The notes: generated by a model from the letters alone, not told the origin. 36,778 nucleotides of DNA from a virus (IMGVR_UViG_3300037484_000849:1-36778), one strand, 5' to 3'. Shown: positions 27,005-34,617, counted from the first letter of the stretch. A program made the numbers and translations.

Positions 27005-28857
27005 CACCGCGCCTGTTCGTTGATCAGGAAGGCGTCGACCGAGGCCGTCGCGACCTCGGCCGCTGTGGCGCCGTTGACCTCGAGCACGGTTGTCGACACG
27101 ACCTTGCCGATGCGCCAGTAGCCGTCGTTCGCGCCGGAGGCCGCCGTGTCCTGGAGGTAGAGCAGCTTGCCGAGCGCGAAGCCATCCGTGGCCCAGGAAC
27201 CGGCGCCGCGCGTGAGGCGCGATCGGCCCTTCAGGGTGGCGTTCACGTCGCGAACGATTTGCGCCGTGAACGGAGTCGTCACGTAAGCGCGCGTGTTCGC
27301 GGTCGAGCGCAGGATGTAGTTCCCGTCCACGCCCGCGCCGGCCGCCGCGATGCTGATGCCCTCGGCCGCCTCGAAGAAGTCGTCCTCGAAGTCGCCGGCC
27401 GCGCGCAGGATCACGTTCGCGATGAACACCGCCTCGCCGCCCAGCGCGTCTGTCTCTCCCTCGAACTCGGCGCCCGTCACGATCGCGATGCCACTCGACG
27501 GGATGCTCGCGACCGTCGCCTCGAACGCCTGCCCGGCCGGAGTCGTGCCGACCAGGATGCAGCCCGCGACGATGTTGGTCGTGGGGAAGCCGTTGAGCGT
27601 GTTGTACTGGACGACCTTGCAGCGCTCGGACACCTCGTCCGTGAGCTCGGCCGTCGCGATCGTCACGCCCGCGTCGCCGACCTCGGAGGCCGGGAGATCC
27701 TTCACGTACAGGACCAGCGCCGTGACGCCGATGACCTCGAACTCCGCGTTGTTGGTGCCGTCCGCGGCGCCCGCGATCTGGACCTTGTCGCCGTGCTGGA
27801 AGCCGTCGGTCAGGAACGAGCCCGAGCTGCGCGTGATGGAGCCGCGCTCACCGAGCGCGAACGTCACCGTGATCGACCCGGTCGTGGCGCGCGCCACCGT
27901 GATGGTGTCCGTCGTGACCGCGGTGATCTTGTACCGGCCGTTGTTCCGCAGCGTGGACTGGACCTCGATCAAGCCGCCGACCACGAAGCCGATGGTGTCG
28001 AAGTCGATGTCGTCGGTCGAGACGATGGTCCGGCTCGAGCGATCGAACGTGAACTCGTCCGTCGCGGCCAGACAGTCCGCGACCACGCCGTAGCTGACGG
28101 TCGGGCTGCCGGCGCTCACGATGACCGACGTGTCGGTCGCCACGACCAGGATCGGATCGGTGAGCACGAGGCCCGCGCCCACGACCGTCTCGACCGCGTA
28201 GCCGCCGTCATTCGCAACGGTGCCAGACAGGTAGACCGTCCCGGCCGCGAGGCCGAAGTTCGCGAAGGTCACGCCGTCGACGTCCTTGATCGAATCCAGG
28301 GAGGTGAGGGTGACGCCTGCGTCGCCGACCTGATCGGTCGTGATGTCGCCGGCTGCGAAGGTGATCGTCAGCGCCGCCACGGTCGCGACGACCTTGCCGG
28401 TGCCGTTGTTCCCTGCGTCCACCGCGCCCGTGATCGCCACGCGCGATCCGACCACGAAGCCATCGTCGACGAACGAGCCGGACGCGCGAACGACCGAATT
28501 GTCCGAGTCGTCGAACGTCACCGTGATCGCGCCAGTCGTGGCGCCGATCTTCAGCGAGCGCGTCTCGGCCTGGGGGCTGTACTCGCCGAACGTCAGGTTG
28601 GTCGGCGAGATGGCCGCCTTCTGGAGCGCCGTCAGCGTCACCACGTTCACGACCGCGCCGGCCGCCGCGAGATCCGCCGCCGCGTCGATCTGCGCCGCGG
28701 TCTTGCCCGTCGGGTGGATGTTGCGGAAGCAGTCGCGGATCACGCGCTCGGGAGCAGCCTTGTCGGCCGCCTCACTCGCGAGGAACGCGGAGAGGCTCGA
28801 GTGGCGGTGCCGGTCGACGGCGCCGTGGCGCAAGTGCTTGCGGTGAATGTTCGGCAT
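27004..28857 (-). CDS. 617-aa repeat-built putative virion accessory (fibre/decoration) protein
   Basis: Two close and several diverged copies of the SGSFxxDGF..G..V...GA.D..NN module. His/Arg-rich N-terminus. Confidence 0.65.
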   Translation of the reverse strand: MPNIHRKHLRHGAVDRHRHSSLSAFLASEAADKAAPERVIRDCFRNIHPTGKTAAQIDAAADLAAAGAVVNVVTLTALQKAAISPTNLTFGEYSPQAETRSLKIGATTGAITVTFDDSDNSVVRASGSFVDDGFVVGSRVAITGAVDAGNNGTGKVVATVAALTITFAAGDITTDQVGDAGVTLTSLDSIKDVDGVTFANFGLAAGTVYLSGTVANDGGYAVETVVGAGLVLTDPILVVATDTSVIVSAGSPTVSYGVVADCLAATDEFTFDRSSRTIVSTDDIDFDTIGFVVGGLIEVQSTLRNNGRYKITAVTTDTITVARATTGSITVTFALGERGSITRSSGSFLTDGFQHGDKVQIAGAADGTNNAEFEVIGVTALVLYVKDLPASEVGDAGVTIATAELTDEVSERCKVVQYNTLNGFPTTNIVAGCILVGTTPAGQAFEATVASIPSSGIAIVTGAEFEGETDALGGEAVFIANVILRAAGDFEDDFFEAAEGISIAAAGAGVDGNYILRSTANTRAYVTTPFTAQIVRDVNATLKGRSRLTRGAGSWATDGFALGKLLYLQDTAASGANDGYWRIGKVVSTTVLEVNGATAAEVATASVDAFLINEQAR

Positions 28858-28887
28858 GATGTCCTGTCCCCCGTGAAGGTGAAGTGT

Positions 28888-28911
28888 AGCTCCACCCTTG
28901 CGGGTGGAGCT
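28888..28911 (-). other. perfect 10-bp stem with GCAA tetraloop upstream of the 617-aa gene
   Basis: AGCTCCACCC-GCAA-GGGTGGAGCT on the minus strand, with no U-tract. Confidence 0.75.
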
Positions 28912-28972
28912 GGTGACGCTCGAGTCTCGTAACGGCCTCGCTGAGCGGGGGTGCCTATTGAGGGTCGAGCGA

Positions 28973-29131
28973 TCAGTTCTGGGTGTAGTCGGGCGTGAAG
29001 CGCTCGTAGTCGGCGAGCGTTCCGATCTCGACGGTCTGCACCGACGCCGCGTAGGCGGCCGGCACGTTCTTCAGGTCGTCGGTGTAGTAGGGCACGGTGC
29101 CGACGAAGTAGAGGTAGGCCACGAGGATCAT
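28973..29131 (-). CDS. hypothetical protein
   Basis: RBS AAGGAG and ATGA overlap at 29131. Confidence 0.55.
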   Translation of the reverse strand: MILVAYLYFVGTVPYYTDDLKNVPAAYAASVQTVEIGTLADYERFTPDYTQN

Positions 29132-29478
29132 TTCTGCTCCTTTCGGCGCCGGGGTGCGCAGAAGTTCTTGGTGCAGAGGCCATCCGTGCGCTCGCATCGA
29201 ACGCAACGGGGATGGACGTCGATACGTAGGCGGCCGCGCGTGATGAGGTACTGCGTCACGTCTGGGTCCGCGACGAGCCGCTTGGGCTCTACGTCGAAGC
29301 GGATCTCGCCGGGGTTGTGGATCGTGTCCGTCTTCGCGCCGGCCGTCCGATCGTTGTACTCGTGCGCGCCGTACTCTGGCAGGAACATCAGCTCGAAAGC
29401 GCCGGGCTCTTCGCGCTTCAGGTTCTCCTTGGTCCAGTACGCTCGGAGTGCGGGGGACATCTCCTGGAGCGCCATCAT
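29128..29478 (-). CDS. hypothetical protein with C-terminal Cys cluster
   Basis: ATGATG overlap with the upstream stop. CVRC...LC...FC. Confidence 0.55.
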   Translation of the reverse strand: MMALQEMSPALRAYWTKENLKREEPGAFELMFLPEYGAHEYNDRTAGAKTDTIHNPGEIRFDVEPKRLVADPDVTQYLITRGRLRIDVHPRCVRCERTDGLCTKNFCAPRRRKEQK

Positions 29479-29813
29479 CCGAGTCCGATCAGACCGAAGA
29501 GCACGCTCGAGATGCCGCGCATGAACAGGCGCGCGTTCAGGAAGAACCGAGTCGAGCCGGCCTTGAAGCCTTCGCGGCCCTCGAGCCGCTCGAGCGCGAG
29601 ATCGGTGCGCACCGTCTCGCACGGGTAGCTGGGGAACGCGGCGCCGACCGAGCCGGCGTCGACCTTCGCGTTGTTGCCGCCGCAGAGCGCGTCGAGCTCC
29701 GTCGTGGGCGACGTGCGCACAACGACCTGGGTCTCGACGTTCGTCTCCTCGTCCATGGCGTTCGCCGTGACGGGCACGATGAAGAGCAGCAGGAAGAGCG
29801 GGAGCGTTTTCAC
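29475..29813 (-). CDS. secreted/membrane protein
   Basis: GTG start coupled to the SPFH gene stop. Signal peptide ending ANA, two Cys, hydrophobic C-terminus. Confidence 0.55.
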   Translation of the reverse strand: MKTLPLFLLLFIVPVTANAMDEETNVETQVVVRTSPTTELDALCGGNNAKVDAGSVGAAFPSYPCETVRTDLALERLEGREGFKAGSTRFFLNARLFMRGISSVLFGLIGLG

Positions 29814-30361
29814 GAATCCTCCGCCAGCGGATTTCCGCGGGGCGCGCTGATCAGATGCAGGGCCGGCGTCCGCGTGGCTGTCGCGATCGAGACGCGCTTG
29901 ATGTCCACGCCCCAGCCACGCATGCGCGTGTGGGCGAGCTTCCGGACCGTCTCGGCCCAGCTCGTGTCGAGGCGATCGCTGATGAGCGCGATCTCGCTCG
30001 CGGCCGCGCGCACCGTGTCGCCGACCGCTTCCTTCAGCTCGTCCTGGACGTTCTTGAAGTAGAGCGAGAGATTGTCGATCTGGCACTGCACGAGCAGCGA
30101 GAAGGTCTGGTCGCCGACGCGCTGCGGCGCCGTCTCGAAGACTTCGAGGTTGCACTCCCACGCGACGAGCGTGCCCACGATGGGCCAGTAGAAGTGGACG
30201 CCCGTGCCGCGCACGCCGTTCGAGGACGTGCGGTCGCCGTCCTTGTCGATCACGCCGAAGCGCGTGCGCACTCCGCGCTGCCACGCGTACACGATCTTGA
30301 CGGGGATCAGCGCCGAGATGTGGTCGAGGAGCTTCTGGAAGAACGCCGCGAGGCTGTTCAT
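29810..30361 (-). CDS. SPFH/Band-7-like protein
   Basis: IVYAWQRGVRTRFG...GVHFYWPIV...WGVDIKRVSI pattern. Confidence 0.7.
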   Translation of the reverse strand: MNSLAAFFQKLLDHISALIPVKIVYAWQRGVRTRFGVIDKDGDRTSSNGVRGTGVHFYWPIVGTLVAWECNLEVFETAPQRVGDQTFSLLVQCQIDNLSLYFKNVQDELKEAVGDTVRAAASEIALISDRLDTSWAETVRKLAHTRMRGWGVDIKRVSIATATRTPALHLISAPRGNPLAEDS

Positions 30362-30462
30362 GCGGACCTCGGGGGTTGGGGGTGTGCGCTCGCCCCGCTT
30401 GCACTTCCCGCAGCGTGGCGGTGGAGCCGACCGGCGGAGCGCGACCGGAGCGGCGGCGGGCT

Positions 30463-30633
30463 TTACGGAACGAAGGGCAGGAGCTCGGCGATCGGCTCCG
30501 CGATCGTGTCGGGCTTCGAGAAGGCGTCGAGCACATGCGCGGGCGCACCAAGCGCGCCGAGGATCTGGTAGGCGACCGCGGCCATCTCGCGTAGCCGAGC
30601 GTTCTCCGCCGCCAGCGCCGCGCGGGACTTCAC
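30463..30633 (-). CDS. hypothetical 56-aa protein (not in ORF track)
   Basis: GTGA overlap. VKSRAALAAENARLREMAAVAYQILGALG... Confidence 0.45.
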   Translation of the reverse strand: MKSRAALAAENARLREMAAVAYQILGALGAPAHVLDAFSKPDTIAEPIAELLPFVP

Positions 30634-30839
30634 AGCACCGACAGGGCGCCGTGCGCGCGATCCATCCGCTCCTGGAGCGCCGCGCGCTCGTCGGGAGTCG
30701 GGTTGCGGTTGTCCGCGACCATCGCAGCGATCTGGTCGTTCAGCGCGCGAAGCTCGAGCTGGATCTCGGGGGCGTGCATCAGGCCGAAGGTCAGGAGCCG
30801 CATGTACTTCAGGATCAGGGCGGCGAGCTCGGGCGTCAT
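30630..30839 (-). CDS. hypothetical helical protein
   Basis: RBS GGAGG and ATGA overlap. NRNPTPDERAAL motif. Confidence 0.6.
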   Translation of the reverse strand: MTPELAALILKYMRLLTFGLMHAPEIQLELRALNDQIAAMVADNRNPTPDERAALQERMDRAHGALSVL

Positions 30840-30970
30840 TCGGACCTCCGCAGATGCAGGGTGAGCAGGAGCGCCGCGACTGCCGCGACGATCAGGAGGG
30901 TGGCGAGGATTCCGACGGATAGGGTGGCAACGCGCCGAAGACGGTCAGGTCGGCGCCGCAGCTTGGGCAT
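30836..30970 (-). CDS. single-TM small protein
   Basis: Basic N-terminus then VATLSVGILATLLIVAAVAALLLTL. Its stop overlaps the next ATG. Confidence 0.4.
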   Translation of the reverse strand: MPKLRRRPDRLRRVATLSVGILATLLIVAAVAALLLTLHLRRSE

Positions 30971-31044
30971 GGCTGCCGTCCGGAGTGGTAGACCTGGATG
31001 CGGTCGTCGCAGTTCTCGCACCATGCGAGCGCGCAGGGGTCCAT
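30892..31044 (-). CDS. 50-aa zinc-ribbon protein (not in ORF track)
   Basis: MDPCALAWCENCDDRIQVYHSGRQPCPSCGADL... with TAATG-coupled start. Confidence 0.45.
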   Translation of the reverse strand: MDPCALAWCENCDDRIQVYHSGRQPCPSCGADLTVFGALPPYPSESSPPS

Positions 31045-31146
31045 TACCAGGGGCGCCGGGTCGGCTTGGGCTTCTTCTTGCGCTTCATCGCTTCAGCTTC
31101 GGGCGATGCGGGCAGCCTGCATGGTAGGGACCGCAGTCGCAACGCA

Positions 31147-31344
31147 TTAGCCGTGCAGCCGCGCGGTGTACCGGCCGGTCGTGTACTCGTCGGCGCGATG
31201 CTCGAGCGCGTGGGCCTGCTTCCGCAGCCACGTCGCGAGCCGCTGGCGCCGAATGGGGTCCAGGGAGCCGGGGCCTTGGACGGTGAGGCGCGCGATCGGC
31301 GGCCGGTCTGCGTCGGTCGTCTCCTCGACGATGGGGCCGGTCAC
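31147..31344 (-). CDS. hypothetical protein
   Basis: GTG at 31344 overlaps the lipoprotein TGA. Confidence 0.5.
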   Translation of the reverse strand: MTGPIVEETTDADRPPIARLTVQGPGSLDPIRRQRLATWLRKQAHALEHRADEYTTGRYTARLHG

Positions 31345-31700
31345 AGGTCGCTCGGCGGGATCGGGTTGTCGCCGGGCTTGCCGGCGCGCTCGATCAGGTA
31401 GAGCTCGAAGGCCGCCAGGGCCTTCTCGGCGAGCGCGGTGGCCGCGCTCGGGTCGCGGCCGACGGCGATCAGGGCCTCGCCGGCCTTGCACGCCTCGTAT
31501 GCCTGGGAGTCCCACACGCGCAGCGTGAGGATGTCCTCGGGCGACAGGGCGCCGGTCTGGGCGAGCTCGGCCGCGTTGGTCGCGACGACCGCGTAGGTGC
31601 CGCAGACCGCGTGGTAGAGCTGCTCTGGGGTGGCAGTCGGCCCGACGCTCGCGCATGCGAGACAGAGGGCCAGGGGGAGGGCGATCAGCGACTTGTGCAT
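31341..31700 (-). CDS. putative lipoprotein, first gene of the leftward operon
   Basis: MHKSLIALPLALCLA|C lipobox-like and RBS GGAGG. Confidence 0.65.
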   Translation of the reverse strand: MHKSLIALPLALCLACASVGPTATPEQLYHAVCGTYAVVATNAAELAQTGALSPEDILTLRVWDSQAYEACKAGEALIAVGRDPSAATALAEKALAAFELYLIERAGKPGDNPIPPSDL

Positions 31701-31818
31701 CGGGGCCTCCAGAGTGGGGACGGTTTTGCCACGAAAATGCGCAGCATTTGTGGCAAAGTGGGCGAATCTGCGTTCCGCCGGGCCAGCCGACGGGCGAGAC
31801 TCTCCCGATTCGAGCCAG

Positions 31819-31846
31819 AGTGTAGCACCGGCCGGAATTGCGTCAA
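31819..31846 (-). promoter_or_regulatory. sigma70-type leftward promoter
   Basis: TTGACG-16 bp-TACACT with extended -10 TGn, ~120 bp upstream of the first leftward gene. Confidence 0.6.
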
Positions 31847-31847
31847 G

Positions 31848-31987
31848 TCTGCTACTAAAATGAGGTAAATTAGGGGTATATTAGTAGCAGATGCGCAAAA
31901 TGTAGCTGAAACGCCCGGAAAAGTCGTTTCACGGAAAATTCTACTAAAATAGAAGACTTAGGGGCCGGATCTTCTACTCAAATAGAA
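31848..31987. promoter_or_regulatory. cluster of CTACTAAAAT-type operator-like repeats
   Basis: 11-bp inverted pair tctgctactaa (31848)/ttagtagcaga (31881), plus TTCTACTAAAATAGAA (31939) and TTCTACTCAAATAGAA (31972). Confidence 0.6.
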
Positions 31988-32094
31988 CGCGGGTCGGCAG
32001 CTAAGTACCTGAATTAGCGGGTTTTGCGGGTTTTTACCGAGATACGAAACGTACTCGAGGCCCCGAGGCACGCAACTCGTGCGCATTTTCCTTA

Positions 32095-32760
32095 GTGTAC
32101 CCCCATTGACCCCTAATGAACCCTCTTGTACCCTCATTGACCCTAGTTATGCAAAGCTGCACATGCGTTGCATATGTAGTGCATGCGCACTATACCCTAT
32201 GCGCACGCATCATGCACACTAGCTGCCTACCCATAGTGTACCCTCGTGCATGTGCAATATGCGCACGCATAGACCCTAATGCGCGCGCAGCATACCCCCT
32301 CGCATGTTGCGTGCGCATTGACCCTAGTGTTCGTGCAGCGCTCTGCCCGAGCGCTCGGAGTCGGAATCGGGGGGTACCTGCGCATGCGTTCCTAGGAATT
32401 GCGCCGATATGCGCCCATAGAATCGAGCCTTTTAGGGGTACATGCGCTAGGGTTATCTCTAGGTTAGGGTCAAATAGGCTCTATTAGGGAAATCGAATTC
32501 GCGCGCGTGAAATAGCCTCGCTATTAGGCGCTATCCGGGATCGCTCGCCATATTCGCAATCTGCCCATTTCAGCCTCCGATTGCGCGGATGCGCGCATAT
32601 GCGCGCCACTTTCCCTGGAGTCTGTAGAAGGGTTCGGGCGCCCCTACCCTACCCCATGCGGGAGCGCCTAATAGGGTAGGCTATACAGGGTATCTATACA
32701 GTCTTAGATATATCAGCGTAATCAGCGCACTAGCGCAAAGTCTTGTCATTGCTAGGGTTT
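32095..32760. repeat. non-coding array of ACCCT/AGGGT short repeats and purine-pyrimidine tracts
   Basis: ACCC at 32099, 32109, 32120, 32130 and 32140. Further (G)ACCCT copies to ~32330, then TAGGG copies from ~32430. Confidence 0.7.
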
Positions 32761-32802
32761 TCCCTCCGCCGATTCTACGCTAACCTGCGCCGAAGCAAGT
32801 CT

Positions 32803-32891
32803 CGCGCAATTTGCGGCCGAAAGTGACAATCCGCGGCGCCCCGCGCGCTCGCGCGCCCGTAGCGTGCTCCGCGCTTCGGCATGCGCCTTGC
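32803..32891 (+). promoter_or_regulatory. sigma-54 promoter P1 with upstream tandem activator-like sites
   Basis: CGGCATGCGCCTTGCT (GG 32878, GC 32890, 10-nt spacing). 15-mers at 32803 and 32823. Confidence 0.7.
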
Positions 32892-32904
32892 TCTACCCCC
32901 GCCC

Positions 32905-33255
32905 ATGCAATCCGAGCGCGATCGAAAGCGGCCGATGCCCGACAAGGCGGCCGATACAGCGGGGCGGGGCGCGCAGTCTACGGACGCGGCGCGCGAAAGC
33001 CTTGCCGCTCGGCCAGTCGACGCGCGGCCGTTTGACTTTGAGCGGCCGCGCGTCGACGATTCGCCCGCCAGCGTGGCGAGCATGCGCCGAGCGCTGCGCG
33101 ACGCGGCCGTCCGCGCCGAGTACCTGCGCGACGCGTTCGAGCGCCTAGGCGATCGGCTGGCGGCCGTCAACTACCCCCGCGAAGCGAAGGCGCAGCGCGC
33201 GGACGAAAAGCGCGGGATTCGCGAGCGCGCGCTGCGCGCCGCGAAGGGGCGCTAG
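32905..33255 (+). CDS. hypothetical early protein
   Basis: ATG 32905 lies just downstream of P1. The track's ATG 32881 lies inside the promoter. Confidence 0.5.
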   Translation: MQSERDRKRPMPDKAADTAGRGAQSTDAARESLAARPVDARPFDFERPRVDDSPASVASMRRALRDAAVRAEYLRDAFERLGDRLAAVNYPREAKAQRADEKRGIRERALRAAKGR

Positions 33256-33257
33256 CC

Positions 33258-33656
33258 ATGCGAGACGCGCAGCGCTCGCGAGTCTACGCGGCGGAGCGCG
33301 CCGCTTTCACAGGCTCGGATGTAGCCTGCAAGCTCCGCCTTGGCGACGCGCAACGCGTCGCCGCATTCTACAAAGTGAATGCGACGCATAACCCACGCCT
33401 TCGCCGCTTCGCTGGTACTGCGCGCGTCGAATCCGAGTCGATCGAGTTTCGCGACGCGGCGCCTAGCCTCTGGATTCTACTTCACGAGCTAGCGCACGTC
33501 GTAGCATGGCGCCGAGCGCCTAAGGCGGCCGCACATGGCGGAGAATTCTGCGCCGCCTATCTGCGCCTAGTCGCGGAGCACGCTGGAACCCAAGCGGCCG
33601 AAAGGCTCGCCCGCGAATTCCTCGCGGGGCGCGTTGATTTCGGCGCGTGGCGATGA
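33258..33656 (+). CDS. HExxH zinc metallohydrolase (SprT-like / TIGR04338-like)
   Basis: RDAQRSRVYAAE N-terminus and LLHELAH...HGGEF. Confidence 0.75.
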   Translation: MRDAQRSRVYAAERAAFTGSDVACKLRLGDAQRVAAFYKVNATHNPRLRRFAGTARVESESIEFRDAAPSLWILLHELAHVVAWRRAPKAAAHGGEFCAAYLRLVAEHAGTQAAERLAREFLAGRVDFGAWR

Positions 33657-33865
33657 AAACCCGCGCGGAGCGCTTCGCGGCGCGAGTCGAGTATGCGCAT
33701 GCGTGCTACTGTGAAGCGCTGGCGAATGCGCTCGCGGCGCGCGATGCGTCGATAGCTCGAGCCGCGTCGCAATTTGCGGCCGAAAGTGACGAAACGCGGC
33801 AGCGCGAAGGGGCGCGCGCCACGCTCCGCGCTCCGCGCGCTGGCATGCGCCTTGCGATAGGGTAG
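33653..33865 (+). CDS. possible hypothetical protein overlapping P2
   Basis: ATGA overlap, but the 3' half runs through the regulatory element. Confidence 0.35.
   Translation: MKTRAERFAARVEYAHACYCEALANALAARDASIARAASQFAAESDETRQREGARATLRAPRAGMRLAIG
33766..33855 (+). promoter_or_regulatory. sigma-54 promoter P2 with upstream tandem activator-like sites
   Basis: TGGCATGCGCCTTGCG (GG 33842, GC 33854). 15-mers at 33766 and 33786. 23 bp identical to P1 (cgcaatttgcggccgaaagtgac). Confidence 0.8.
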
Positions 33866-33869
33866 GGGT

Positions 33870-34031
33870 ATGGACAAGCAAACTCTCAAGGCTTCGGATC
33901 TGACGACTCTGGCGGAAAGCATGCTCGACGTGCAGCGCGACGCGGACGCGGCGCGCAAGGCGGACGCGAACGTGATCCGCGGTATCGAGTCGGGCGATCG
34001 CACCATCCGCCTTCCGGACACGCTGAAATGA
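33870..34031 (+). CDS. 53-aa hypothetical protein (not in ORF track)
   Basis: MDKQTLKASDLTTLAESMLDVQRD...PDTLK*. ATGA overlap with the next gene. Confidence 0.6.
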   Translation: MDKQTLKASDLTTLAESMLDVQRDADAARKADANVIRGIESGDRTIRLPDTLK

Positions 34032-34285
34032 GCAAGCGCAAGGCGACGCTGCGCTGCGCCGCGTGCGGCAAGCGCGACGCGGGGCGCTCGGGTACCAGTA
34101 CCGCGATGCGCTGCCCCGATTGCGCGGACGGCCGCACGCTGGTACGCTTCGCGACGAAATGCCGCGCGTGCTGCCCGTCGGGGCATGGTACGCGCTGGCC
34201 GGCGGACGCGCCCGAGATTTTCGCGCCTTCCGAGCCTTGCTCATGCGGCGCGAGCGGATGCCCCATGCACGGAAAGGAAAGCTAG
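34028..34285 (+). CDS. Cys-rich zinc-finger protein
   Basis: CAAC...CPDC...CRACC..H...CSCGASGCPMH. Confidence 0.6.
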   Translation: MSKRKATLRCAACGKRDAGRSGTSTAMRCPDCADGRTLVRFATKCRACCPSGHGTRWPADAPEIFAPSEPCSCGASGCPMHGKES

Positions 34286-34287
34286 CG

Positions 34288-34617
34288 ATGCGATACCTAG
34301 AACGATGCGTTTTCGGTTTGCTCGTCGACTCCGCGAAGGCGGACGGTTTCACGCTGCGCCGCTTCGCTTGTACTCCCGCGACGGGCGAGCAAGGCGACGA
34401 AATCACGGGCGAGCCTGTGAGCCTTGCGTCCGCGATCGCGCATGCGAACGCGTGGGATTCGAATAGCGTGGCGGAATTCGCGCACGCGGACGGCCGAGAC
34501 TTTTGGGCGCTCCTAGTATGGGGCAATGGGGAAGACGTGATTTCCGACTATGCCGACACGCGCGCAGCGCGGGCAATCGTCGAGCGCGTGTCCACCATTC
34601 TCGACTCGGACGTCTAG
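34288..34617 (+). CDS. hypothetical early phage protein
   Basis: RBS AAGGA before ATG 34288. WALLVWGNGEDVISDY motif. Confidence 0.65.
   Translation: MRYLERCVFGLLVDSAKADGFTLRRFACTPATGEQGDEITGEPVSLASAIAHANAWDSNSVAEFAHADGRDFWALLVWGNGEDVISDYADTRAARAIVERVSTILDSDV

Noticed and set aside
8107-28543. Repeated module as an intein or a diversity-generating retroelement TR/VR pair
   Set aside because: No intein C/S...HN termini, no reverse transcriptase in the window, and differences between copies are not adenine-restricted.
142-31528. Long plus-strand ORFs (for example 1173-2759, 2838-4811, 6340-9231, 22666-24312, 27259-28932)
   Set aside because: Antisense shadows of high-GC minus-strand genes, with Arg-rich, motif-free translations.
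31725-31760. TGGCA motifs as a leftward sigma-54 promoter
   Set aside because: No GC at the required 10-nt distance from the GG on the minus strand.
32116-32487. 123-aa ORF in the intergenic region
   Set aside because: No RBS, and the translation simply mirrors the DNA repeats.
31870-32490. TTAGGG/CCCTAA telomere-like hexamers
   Set aside because: Scattered rather than tandem, better explained as variants of the ACCCTA repeat, and the context is a bacteriophage.
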